A stretch of 63,890 nt of DNA, the filler included. It is 5 parts of 5 records of this genome, joined end to end, with 100 filler letters (N's around TTAATTAATTAA, not from the genome) between each part and the next. Parts side by side here need not be neighbours in the genome. Positions count along the whole stretch, not along the records: positions 29,374 to 41,782 come from DRR723986_5156; positions 41,883 to 48,301 come from DRR723986_5161; positions 48,402 to 58,334 come from DRR723986_5163; 2 more parts are not named here. One strand, 5' to 3'. A program made the position numbers and the translations under genes. Position 1 is the stretch's first letter. Each line of letters starts with the position of its first letter. Positions 39,455 to 48,657 of the stretch are shown here, piece after piece. Below the pieces are notes generated by a model. It had not been told where the DNA came from and made no database searches. It saw only the letters and a list, made by a program, of their open reading frames with translations.

Positions 39455-40251
39455 GCGTCTTAATCGTTATTCCCGCCCGCTACGCCAGCACCCGCTACCC
39501 CGGCAAACCCCTTGTGGGCCTTACGGGGGCCACGGGCGAAACCCGCAGCCTGATCGAACGCAGCTGGCGCGCGGCACAACAGGTGCAAGGCGCAGATCGC
39601 GTGGTGGTGGCCACCGATGACACCCGCATTCGCGATGCCGCCCACGCCTTTGGGGCCGAGGTGGTGATGACATCGGAAAGCTGCCAAAATGGCACCGAGC
39701 GCTGCGCCGAGGCGCATCAGGCCTTGGGTGGCGGCTATGATATTGTGGTCAACCTGCAGGGCGATGCCCCGCTGACGCCGCATTGGTTTGTCGAAGATCT
39801 GGTGCAAGGCCTGCGCGCCGACCCGGCTGCCGATATTGCCACACCGGTTCTGCGCTGCGATGGGCGCGCGCTAAACGGGTTTCTGGCCGATCGCCGCGCC
39901 GGGCGGGTGGGCGGCACAACGGCCGTGTTTGCCGCCAATCGCCATGCGCTCTATTTTTCGAAAGAGGTGGTGCCCTACACGGCCCAAACCTATGCCGATC
40001 ACGATGAAACCCCGGTGTTTCACCACGTGGGTGTCTATGCCTATCGCCCCGCCGCGCTGGCGGCCTATACCGGCTGGCCCATGGGCCCGATCGAGGCGCT
40101 GGAAGGGCTGGAGCAGCTGCGGTTTTTGGAAAACAATCACGCGGTTTTATGCGTGCAGGTGCAGGCCCGCGGGCGCCAGTTTTGGGAATTGAACAACCCC
40201 GAAGACGTGCCCCGCCTGCAGGCCATGATGGCCGAGATGGGCATGGAATGA
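39451..40251 (+). CDS. kdsB: CMP-Kdo synthetase (KdsB/KpsU)
   Basis: IPARYASTRYPGKPL, NGTER, NLQGD, HVGVYAY, EGLEQLR. Confidence 0.92.
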   Translation: MSVLIVIPARYASTRYPGKPLVGLTGATGETRSLIERSWRAAQQVQGADRVVVATDDTRIRDAAHAFGAEVVMTSESCQNGTERCAEAHQALGGGYDIVVNLQGDAPLTPHWFVEDLVQGLRADPAADIATPVLRCDGRALNGFLADRRAGRVGGTTAVFAANRHALYFSKEVVPYTAQTYADHDETPVFHHVGVYAYRPAALAAYTGWPMGPIEALEGLEQLRFLENNHAVLCVQVQARGRQFWELNNPEDVPRLQAMMAEMGME

Positions 40252-41477
40252 GCCTGCCCACCACCAGCGTTATTGTCGTCAGCTGGCAACGGCCCGACGC
40301 GCTGGTTTTGTGCGTGCAATCACTGGCGCGGCAAAGGCTGGCCCCCGCTTACGAAATTATCGTTGTGGCAGATGCCGCAGGCCGTGCCGCCGTTGCCCGC
40401 CTGCCTGATGCGGCGATGATAAAACTGGTGGCCTGCGACCAGCCCAATATCTCTGCCGCGCGCAATCTGGGGCTGGCTGTGGCCGCAGGCCAGGTGGTGG
40501 CCTTTATCGATGACGATGCCCAGGCCGAGCCACGGTGGCTGTCGCATTTGGTGGCCCCCTTTGCACAGGGTGATCTGGCCTGCACCGGCGGCTATGTGCG
40601 CGGGCGCAACGGCATTTCCTTTCAGTGGACCAGCCGCAGCATAGACAGCACCGGCACCGCCCACCCCGCGCCCCTGCATGGCCAGCAACCCGGGCGCCCG
40701 GCGCTGCCGCCGGGCCATGCGCTGAAAACCGAAGGCACAAATATGGCGGTGCGCCGCGATGTTTTGGCCCGGCTTGGCGGTTTTGACGAGGCCTATCACT
40801 ATTACCTTGATGAAACCGACCTGAACTGGCGCCTACATCTGGGGGGCTATCAAACCCAGCTGGTGCCCTTGGCGCAGGTGGTGCATGGCTTTGCCCCCGC
40901 CGCCCATCGCGGGGCAGACCGGCGCATCGCGTCGCTGGTGCAAATTGGGGCATCGCAGGCGGTTTTTCTGCGCCGTCATCACCCCAAACACGGGCAGGGC
41001 GCGGCCTTGCAAGCAGCAGCACAGCATCAAAAACACCGGGTGCTGGCGCAAATGGTGGATGGGCGGCTTTGCGCCTCGGATGTGGGGGGGCTGTTGCGCG
41101 GCTATCATCTGGGCGTGGCCCAGGGCATGGCGCGCGCCCTGCCCCACTTGGCCCCGCGGCCAGACCAGCCCGCACTGCCCTTTCGCCCCTTTCCCAGCCG
41201 CGCCACAGGCGGCGTGACCTGGCTGGCGGGGCGGCCTTGGCAACGCCGGGCGCTGATGGGGCGCGCTGCCAGTTTGGCGCAATCAGGCGAAACGGTATGC
41301 GCCTTTTGCCTTGGGCCCAACAGCTTGTTTCACCATATGCGTTTTCACCCAGATGGGTTTTGGCTGCAAACCGGGGGGCTGTGGGGGCGCAGCCAGCGCG
41401 ATAGCGCCTTGGTGCAATTTTGGCGTTTTTCACAGCGCGTTGCGGCCGAACGCCTAAGGATAGAGCCGCTTAAATAA
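40248..41477 (+). CDS. Glycosyltransferase family 2
   Basis: ISAARNLG, FIDDDA, GGFDE...ETDL; ATGA overlap with kdsB. Confidence 0.88.
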   Translation: MSLPTTSVIVVSWQRPDALVLCVQSLARQRLAPAYEIIVVADAAGRAAVARLPDAAMIKLVACDQPNISAARNLGLAVAAGQVVAFIDDDAQAEPRWLSHLVAPFAQGDLACTGGYVRGRNGISFQWTSRSIDSTGTAHPAPLHGQQPGRPALPPGHALKTEGTNMAVRRDVLARLGGFDEAYHYYLDETDLNWRLHLGGYQTQLVPLAQVVHGFAPAAHRGADRRIASLVQIGASQAVFLRRHHPKHGQGAALQAAAQHQKHRVLAQMVDGRLCASDVGGLLRGYHLGVAQGMARALPHLAPRPDQPALPFRPFPSRATGGVTWLAGRPWQRRALMGRAASLAQSGETVCAFCLGPNSLFHHMRFHPDGFWLQTGGLWGRSQRDSALVQFWRFSQRVAAERLRIEPLK

Positions 41478-41596
41478 GCCCAATTTGCGTCGTATCCCCT
41501 TTATGGGGGCAAACGTGTAGACGCAGATATAGACTTGGGCATATAGATATACCCATTCGTAGGTTTGAATAACGAGTAGCGGAAGTTTTCTGAGTA

Positions 41597-41782
41597 ATGC
41601 GCAAAAAAATAACAAAAGCCATCTTTCCAGTGGCAGGGCTGGGCACGCGGTTTTTGCCGGCAACAAAATCTGTTCCAAAAGAAATCATGACATTGGTCGA
41701 TAGGCCCTTGGTGCAATACGCCATCGACGAGGCCCGCGCCGCGGGCATACGCGAATTTATCTTTGTTACCTCGCGCGGCAAA
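41597..41782 (+). CDS. galU: UTP-glucose-1-phosphate uridylyltransferase, 5' fragment
   Basis: [23 protein letters not shown]. Confidence 0.93.
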
Positions 41783-41882
41783 NNNNNNNNNNNNNNNNNN
41801 NNNNNNNNNNNNNNNNNNNNNNNNNNTTAATTAATTAANNNNNNNNNNNNNNNNNNNNNNNNNNNNNNNNNNNNNNNNNNNN
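41783..41882. other. Artificial contig spacer
   Basis: Same 100-nt N/TTAATTAATTAA linker. Confidence 0.98.
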
Positions 41883-41971
41883 ACGTGGGCATTTCCTATA
41901 TCTTTGGTTGTACTGCTATTGCTGAGCTAGGGCAGGGTGGATAAAGTATCTTTGTATAAAAGGGAGATGCA

Positions 41972-42727
41972 TTGATGCCAAACGCGCAGTTTAGGACGCC
42001 CTTAAATTTTGTTTTTTTCGCACTGTTAGTTGCGGTCAGCTTTAGCGCTAAATCGAGCGTGATAGAACAGGCTTCATCTGCACCGGCTCGAAGTGTAGAA
42101 GGTAATATTGTTATCTCCACAAGTGAGCCAGAGTTGGCAATGCGGATCGACAGCAGCTTTCGTTACCTCGGTAAACATCCGATTAGAATAAGAGATGTTG
42201 CAGCGGGCGAACGAATGATTTTTGTAGACCTTGAAGGGTCAAAAGCGCGGCGGTTACTTATTATTCAATTTGAAGGGTTCTTGCCGGGAGTTGACGACGA
42301 GTATCGCTATAATTTAAGCAAAAGTCCCATTGTCGCAGGGTATCCGTTTCGCAGTAATGCCTATGCATTTGATTTCGAGAAATCTGCCAAAGACAATCCG
42401 GGCTTGGAAACTGCTGCAACAGCTAGGTTTCTCGCTGCGCAAGGGATAAATGCACCTCAGCGATTGGCAATGTGGCGGTCTTTAACGGTGGTGAGCAACG
42501 ACAAGCGGAAAGAAATGCTGATCTATTATTTGGAAGATTTATCTACCTTAAGAATGTCGTTAGATGAAATTTATGACCCTGAAACTGATCAGGATACCCC
42601 AGCATGGGCTGAGCTTCAGCCTGCGCTGGAGCGGCGTGCGAATGCATCGTTTAGATTGACCGGGCTTGATGCACGCAAACAACCCAAAGAGGCCAGTTGG
42701 CAGCATGTTCCTTTAAGCCTGAATTAA
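41972..42727 (+). CDS. Exported hypothetical protein
   Basis: 251-aa ORF with SD (GGGAG) and signal-like N-terminus; no family recognised. Confidence 0.65.
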   Translation: MMPNAQFRTPLNFVFFALLVAVSFSAKSSVIEQASSAPARSVEGNIVISTSEPELAMRIDSSFRYLGKHPIRIRDVAAGERMIFVDLEGSKARRLLIIQFEGFLPGVDDEYRYNLSKSPIVAGYPFRSNAYAFDFEKSAKDNPGLETAATARFLAAQGINAPQRLAMWRSLTVVSNDKRKEMLIYYLEDLSTLRMSLDEIYDPETDQDTPAWAELQPALERRANASFRLTGLDARKQPKEASWQHVPLSLN

Positions 42728-42735
42728 CAGGAACC

Positions 42736-43500
42736 TTATCGGTCAGCTGTTTCGTCGTCATCTTTAAGGGTCGAAAGCCATGCTATTATGTTCGCTCTGT
42801 CTTTCGCTCGTTTGAGTGTGCGGAACGCCATGTGGCTGCCTTGATCAAATTGTTTTCTCTCTGAGAAAAAAATCTCCAGGTTCGCGGGGGTCCATATGCC
42901 TTCTCGGCGCATCAATCTTTCGCTGTAATCGAAGTTATCGGCGCTGGCGATAGGACGTCCAACTATGCCCCATAGATTGGGGCCAATATAGTTGCCATCA
43001 TCTTTGCCAAAGGAATGACACGCGGTGCAGGGAGCCGCGAGCTCAGAGCCGCGCATTGCGTCAGCTTGGGGCATGGATATCTCGAATTTTTCCGGATTTG
43101 ATTTTAGCCATTCAATGAGGTCGGAACGCTGATGCGGGCTGGTGAGGCCACCGAAGGCCATATTGTTACCGGGCGCTAGCAGCTTGGGCCTTGCAATGTA
43201 GCGATTTAGGCGGCTTTGGTCCCACACGCCCTGCATAGACCGAAGCGTTTCACTAAATTCGTAATTTGGCATACTGGCAATATCGCGGCCAAAAACGCCG
43301 TGCAGGTTTGGCCCAACAAGGTTTGGCCCACCTTCCTCAATTGTATGACAACCTGCGCAAAGTTTGAAAACGGCTTGGCCTTTCTCAAGCCGTTCAGGGT
43401 CGGCAAAGCCGTGTAAAGCAGTTGGCGAAACAAGAATGTAAAGTGCCAAAAGGCAAACTAACCTAGCTGTTTTGAACTGTTTGGAGAAGAAACGAGACAC
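42736..43500 (-). CDS. Diheme cytochrome c with two tandem c2-like domains
   Basis: CAGCH...GPNLHG...NMAF and CTACH...GPNLWG...HMAF; signal peptide. Confidence 0.88.
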   Translation of the reverse strand: MSRFFSKQFKTARLVCLLALYILVSPTALHGFADPERLEKGQAVFKLCAGCHTIEEGGPNLVGPNLHGVFGRDIASMPNYEFSETLRSMQGVWDQSRLNRYIARPKLLAPGNNMAFGGLTSPHQRSDLIEWLKSNPEKFEISMPQADAMRGSELAAPCTACHSFGKDDGNYIGPNLWGIVGRPIASADNFDYSERLMRREGIWTPANLEIFFSERKQFDQGSHMAFRTLKRAKDRANIIAWLSTLKDDDETADR

Positions 43501-43754
43501 TTTTATACCTATCCCTTCAAGTTGCCCTTTACTCTTCGCATAGTATCAAATGTTCCCCCGAGCCCGTATCAATGTCTTTGACCGATATCAAAACTCTGCT
43601 TCACTTGGCAGAAATATATGCTGCGTCAGCACAGGCGCAGTTTTAAATGTCTTAATAATATCAAATTTTTGGTTCTTATTTACGTTTGGTTCAAAAGTCT
43701 GACATAATGTTTGAATATCGCAGTAGGGGGCGGAATGAAATTGAGAAATGAAGT

Positions 43755-45770
43755 ATGACTGATGGTGTTTCAGGTGTAGAATCTACGGTTCCAGCGGAAG
43801 ATGTTTCGCCGTCCGGTAATAATACGATTGACGGCCTAGTGTATGGCAGGCGCTGGGTAAGCGATACCAATTCTGACACCACGACTTTAAGTTTTAGCTT
43901 TCCAGACGAAAACAGCCTTTATAGCACTGTACCTGAATTAGGGTATGGAACGTCCGGAAACGAGCCACATACAGGGCTTGCAGGTTTGTCAGCGGCTGCA
44001 CAGGAGTTGTTCTTGGCCGGGCTTGCAAACTTGAGCTCTTTTTCCAAACTTGCATTTACGCAGGTGGAAGATAGCGGTCAAAGTGCGGGCACCATTAGGG
44101 TGGCCTTCACAGGTATTGAGGACGAAGACTCGGTTGCTTGGGCATACCTGCCAGGTAATTACCAGGCAGCCGGCGATATTTGGGTTTTGTCCAAGAACCA
44201 TTCAGAAGACGATATTGATTTTGGCCAAACTTTAATCCATGAGCTTGGTCATGCGCTTGGCCTAAAGCATCCATTTGAGGAAGAGAACGGTTTTCCAGCA
44301 TTGGCCAGTGAATTTGACGGCGTTGACTACACTGTAATGTCATACAATATTTCTGCACGGTTCCCCACGGCAACATATGCTGATTTGTGGCCGCAAACCT
44401 ATATGTATGCGGACATTCTGGCCCTGCAATATATGTACGGCGTTGATACCGTTACGACCGCTGGCACGGACACGTATGTTTACGACCAAGAAGACCGGCA
44501 TTATCTCACAATTTGGGACTACGGCGGTAATGACACCTTTGGTGTAGCTGGCGGCACTCGTGCGGTAAAACTGGACCTGACACCTGGCAGCTGGAGCAAT
44601 GTGGGAACAACAATTGAATATTCAGATGATGTTCAACTGTTTACTGACACCGACACAGTTTACATAACGCCCGATACTATTATTGAAAACGCATACGGTG
44701 CTGGCGGAGATGACACCTTGCAGGGAAATGACGTTGCGAACAGGCTAACTGGCAACGACGGCAATGATAAAATAATGGGTGGAGACGGTGCAGATCGCCT
44801 TCTAGGAAATACTGGCAACGATTCTCTCTTCGGCGGAGAGGGAGGCGACACCTTGTCTGGCGGCACCGGTGACGATGTTGCTGTGGCTGGCAACGGTAAT
44901 GATAAGTTATTTGCAGGCGCAGGTGATGCCGGTGCTGATATTATGGCTGGCGGCGCTGGCAATGACGTTATTGCCGGTGGGGCTGGCAACGACCTGCTTG
45001 TTGGCGGTGGCGCAGATGATGGCGTTACACTGCAATTCTTAACCACCAATGAAGATTCCACCGATGATGGAAACGACACATTGTTTGGCGGGGCTGGTGC
45101 TGACACTTTGCTTGGTGGTGGTTGGGACGATAAGGTCAATGACAATGGCCAGTATGATGACGGCGAGGCTGTGACAAGCAGCACTGGAAGTGATGCCATC
45201 TGGGCTGGTAGCGGGAACGATAAAATTGTTGCAGCTGCTGGAAATGATGTTCTCGGCGGCGGTGTTGGAGACGATACAATTGATGGCGGTGGCGGTGATG
45301 ACCTGTTTTACGGCGGCAAGGATGCCGGAGATACTGGAACAAACGATGTATTAAACGGCGGCGATGGTGCAGACACTATTTTTGGTGGTGCAGGCAACGA
45401 TTCAGTCAACGGTGGCGCTGGCGATGATGACCTGTTCGGCGGTGGCGGCGATGACACCGTTAACGGAGATGCCGGTAACGACACATTATGGGGCGGTGGC
45501 GGCGACGATGAATTCACCGGCGGCGCGGGTGATGATATATTCGTATTCGCGACTGGCGCAGGGGATGACCGAGTTACTGACTTTGACTTATCAGATGACA
45601 CCCTTCGTCTGGTTAACACCACAACTGACTTCACCTCTGTTACCGACGTTCAAAATGCCGCGACTGCACAGGGCGGTGGTATTTTGATTGACCTAGGGGG
45701 CGGAGACAGTCTTTTCCTTGCGGGTATATCAATTAATAACATTGCATCAATGAACTTGGTGCTCGATTAG
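43755..45770 (+). CDS. Serralysin-like M10B metalloprotease with RTX Ca2+-binding repeats
   Basis: HELGHALGLKH zinc motif, Met-turn TVMSY, IENAYG, many GGxGxD nonapeptides, C-terminal VTDF signal-like region; no Sec signal. Confidence 0.9.
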   Translation: MTDGVSGVESTVPAEDVSPSGNNTIDGLVYGRRWVSDTNSDTTTLSFSFPDENSLYSTVPELGYGTSGNEPHTGLAGLSAAAQELFLAGLANLSSFSKLAFTQVEDSGQSAGTIRVAFTGIEDEDSVAWAYLPGNYQAAGDIWVLSKNHSEDDIDFGQTLIHELGHALGLKHPFEEENGFPALASEFDGVDYTVMSYNISARFPTATYADLWPQTYMYADILALQYMYGVDTVTTAGTDTYVYDQEDRHYLTIWDYGGNDTFGVAGGTRAVKLDLTPGSWSNVGTTIEYSDDVQLFTDTDTVYITPDTIIENAYGAGGDDTLQGNDVANRLTGNDGNDKIMGGDGADRLLGNTGNDSLFGGEGGDTLSGGTGDDVAVAGNGNDKLFAGAGDAGADIMAGGAGNDVIAGGAGNDLLVGGGADDGVTLQFLTTNEDSTDDGNDTLFGGAGADTLLGGGWDDKVNDNGQYDDGEAVTSSTGSDAIWAGSGNDKIVAAAGNDVLGGGVGDDTIDGGGGDDLFYGGKDAGDTGTNDVLNGGDGADTIFGGAGNDSVNGGAGDDDLFGGGGDDTVNGDAGNDTLWGGGGDDEFTGGAGDDIFVFATGAGDDRVTDFDLSDDTLRLVNTTTDFTSVTDVQNAATAQGGGILIDLGGGDSLFLAGISINNIASMNLVLD

Positions 45771-45806
45771 CCGCTTTTGGTCAGGTCACACGCGTCGATA
45801 GTGCAG

Positions 45807-45841
45807 AAAAAAGCCATGCCCAAATTTAGGCATGGCTTTTT
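45807..45841. terminator. Bidirectional rho-independent terminator
   Basis: AAAAAAGCCATGCC-CAAATTTA-GGCATGGCTTTTT between convergent genes. Confidence 0.85.
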
Positions 45842-45870
45842 GTACTCAAGCGCATTTTTACTGGAGAAGG

Positions 45871-47784
45871 TTACTTGCCCATGCGCGCCAATATAACTTC
45901 TGCTTCGTCCATTAAGCGGTTCATCCGGCTAATGAGCGTTACATAAGGTGTCTCGGTTGTAAGGTCCACGCCCGCTTTTTGAAGCAATGGGTGCGGGTAC
46001 TCTGAACCCCCGGCTTTTAGCGTATTGATATAGTCTTCACGGGCGGTTTTATCACCAGCCAGCATACGCTCAGCGAACATGGTACCGCCTGAAATACTGG
46101 TCGCATATTGATAGACATAAAAATTGAAGTAGAAATGCGGAATATAAGCCCATTCAATGGCATAGGCTGGGTCAATGGTCATAACGCCTTCATCGTGGCC
46201 GTGATATTTTTTCAAGAGTTCCAGATAAAGTTCGGTCATGCGTCGGCCAGAAAGGGCCTCGCCAGCTTCTGCTAATTCGTGAATTCTCAGCTCAAATTCA
46301 GCGAACATGGTTTGGCGGAAAAAGGTGCCTCGAATGCCTTCAAGCGCGCGGTCAATATAATATAACCGCTCCTCGTCAGACAGGTCTTTCGCAAGCATAT
46401 ATTCCTGCAACAATACTTCGTTGGTTGTTGAAGCAAGCTCAGCGGTGAATGTCGTGTAGCTATATGTTTCGTATGGATTATTCGCCCGTGCAAGAAGCGT
46501 GTGAACCGCATGTCCCCATTCGTGAGAGAAGGTGGAAACATCCTCAAAGCCCTTGTTAAAGTTAAGCAAAACATAAGGGTGGACATCATAGCCAGCGCCT
46601 TGCATATAAGCGCCAGAGCGCTTGCCTGGTTGCGGGTAAACATGCATCCAGTCGGCGCTTAAACCTTGCTCCAATAGCGTTAGATACTCGTCACCGAACG
46701 GCGCGAGCGATTCGAGCGTTAACTTGGTTGCGTCCTCCACTGTAAACTCGCGCTCAAGCTGGGTTGTTTCCGGGTAAATGTCATAATAATGCAGATCATC
46801 CAGCCCCATGATACGTTGGCGCAGTTTCAGGTATCTATGCATTGAAGGTAGATTGTCATTCGCCGCTTTTACAAGCGCAAGGTATACGTCTGATGGCACA
46901 TTGCTGCCTGATACGGCTTGATCAAGTGAAGATTCGTATCCGCGAGACTTAGACGTAAAGATATGGGTGCGCACCAGCGTGTCGAGTGTTTGTCCGAACG
47001 GCGCTTCATATGTTTTCCATGTTTTCCAAAATGCGTCGAAAACCTTTTTGCGGTCTGCCCGGTTTTGCACCGCCCGATATTTGGTGTACGCAGCTTGGTC
47101 CAAGGTAATGACCTGTTCGCTCGCAAGTGTTACTTTTGGCCATGGAATAGCCGCTGTGCTCAATAGGCTATAGATGCGCTGTGGGCCGCCAAGTACCTCG
47201 CTGGCGTTTGCTAGAACCGACTCTGCCTCGCCGCCAAGGGTGAACTTTTTCTGACGCAAAATGTCGCGCAATTGGAAGGCGTGTTTCTCAAGACCCGGTT
47301 CAGAGGTGATAAAGGCCTCTATTTTGTCGTTGCCGATAGCTAAAACCTCTGGTGCAATGAAAGCTGTTTGCTGACCAAGAGAGGCAAACATTGAGCGCGC
47401 AAGGCTCAACTTTTCTTGGCCTTCAGCGTTTCGCAAGTCTTCGTCACTGCCAAGCGATGCATAAATAAACACCCGAGCGCTTTCTTTATTAATGGCGGAA
47501 ATTGCATCAAAGGCCGCTTGTAGCTTTTTGGCGCTTTCACCGAGCGTACCCTTAAACTCTGCAATTGTAGGTATTTCAGCGTTAAGGCGCTGCCGTTCAG
47601 CATCCCAAGCTTCAATATTTGGGTATAGGTCGGTAAGGTCCCAGCGTATCTGCCTGTCATTTTGGCTCTGCGCTGAGGCTTCCTGTGATGCAAAAAAAGT
47701 AGGTGCCGTCGCCAGCGAAGCAGTGGTCACTATTAATGCCAATGCGGATACATTGCATTTCATGATTTTTATGGCTTTGATCAT
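45871..47784 (-). CDS. pepF: Oligoendopeptidase F (M3B) with N-terminal signal peptide
   Basis: WDLTDLY, GKRSGAY, HEWGH, RQTMFAEFE, WAYIPHFY..FYVYQYAT. Confidence 0.92.
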   Translation of the reverse strand: MIKAIKIMKCNVSALALIVTTASLATAPTFFASQEASAQSQNDRQIRWDLTDLYPNIEAWDAERQRLNAEIPTIAEFKGTLGESAKKLQAAFDAISAINKESARVFIYASLGSDEDLRNAEGQEKLSLARSMFASLGQQTAFIAPEVLAIGNDKIEAFITSEPGLEKHAFQLRDILRQKKFTLGGEAESVLANASEVLGGPQRIYSLLSTAAIPWPKVTLASEQVITLDQAAYTKYRAVQNRADRKKVFDAFWKTWKTYEAPFGQTLDTLVRTHIFTSKSRGYESSLDQAVSGSNVPSDVYLALVKAANDNLPSMHRYLKLRQRIMGLDDLHYYDIYPETTQLEREFTVEDATKLTLESLAPFGDEYLTLLEQGLSADWMHVYPQPGKRSGAYMQGAGYDVHPYVLLNFNKGFEDVSTFSHEWGHAVHTLLARANNPYETYSYTTFTAELASTTNEVLLQEYMLAKDLSDEERLYYIDRALEGIRGTFFRQTMFAEFELRIHELAEAGEALSGRRMTELYLELLKKYHGHDEGVMTIDPAYAIEWAYIPHFYFNFYVYQYATSISGGTMFAERMLAGDKTAREDYINTLKAGGSEYPHPLLQKAGVDLTTETPYVTLISRMNRLMDEAEVILARMGK

Positions 47785-47978
47785 CGTTTTTAGATCCTCG
47801 GTGTGTTAATTTTTTTTTGATTTAGTCCATACTAAGCAAAACGCACTTTAGACGCCAGCGTGCAACATTTATGCGATAAACTGTTTTTTTGCGCTTAGAT
47901 ATGGCTTTTGATGATAGTTTCTTGAGTGCGCGGGTTCTTCTACGTGAACCCTTTAAAACAGATGAAAGCCGCTGTTGA

Positions 47979-48301
47979 ATGGCCAAATTACGTTTCCAGA
48001 CAAAGTTTATCAGCGTCTATATGGCCTTGTTTTTGGTACTTCAGGCCATGGTAATTGCAGCGGTTTATCTATCTATCTCTATCATTGTGCGAGAAAATAT
48101 AAGCGAACAATTGCGTTCAACCAGCCGCATTATTGAACGGATGACCGCCAGTAATTCTGTTACCTTGGCACCCCACGCTACTGTGCTAGACCGGGATGCG
48201 TTGTTTTCAGCAAAAGAACTCGCCCCGATTGATATCGATATTGCATTGCTGGACAACTCGGCGGAGCAAAAGCATATTTTAACGGCACCGCCCGACATCA
48301 A
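47979..48301 (+). CDS. Membrane-anchored signalling protein, N-terminal fragment
   Basis: Basic N-terminus plus one TM helix, typical of sensor proteins; truncated by the contig end. Confidence 0.45.
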
Positions 48302-48401
48302 NNNNNNNNNNNNNNNNNNNNNNNNNNNNNNNNNNNNNNNNNNNNTTAATTAATTAANNNNNNNNNNNNNNNNNNNNNNNNNNNNNNNNNNNNNNNNNNN
48401 N
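48302..48401. other. Artificial contig spacer
   Basis: Same linker. Confidence 0.98.
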
Positions 48402-48577
48402 TACCAATTTGTGGATGGGGTCTGGTTCTAGCCCCGAGACTCCTGCCTCCAGGACAAACAAGAAAATCAATACAGGCTAAGACAAAGGCGCAGCCAAAGG
48501 CTTAAAGCCGCCGCTGAAGTCTCGATCGATACAAGGGCCGCTCAAACCAACCGTGCAGTTTCATTCGTGCCCCCCAT

Positions 48578-48614
48578 AAAATAACAATGGCCGCCCCCAA
48601 ACTGGAAGCGGCCA
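48578..48614 (-). terminator. Terminator downstream of sppA
   Basis: Minus strand TGGCCGCTTCCA-GTT-TGGGGGCGGCCA then TTGTTATTTT. Confidence 0.65.
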
Positions 48615-48657
48615 AAGTTTAACACTTCAGGCGAGAACTAAAACAAAACTGAACAAT

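Noticed and set aside
44690-45570. Repetitive DNA resembling an array
   Set aside because: In-frame RTX GGxGxD coding repeats; not CRISPR.
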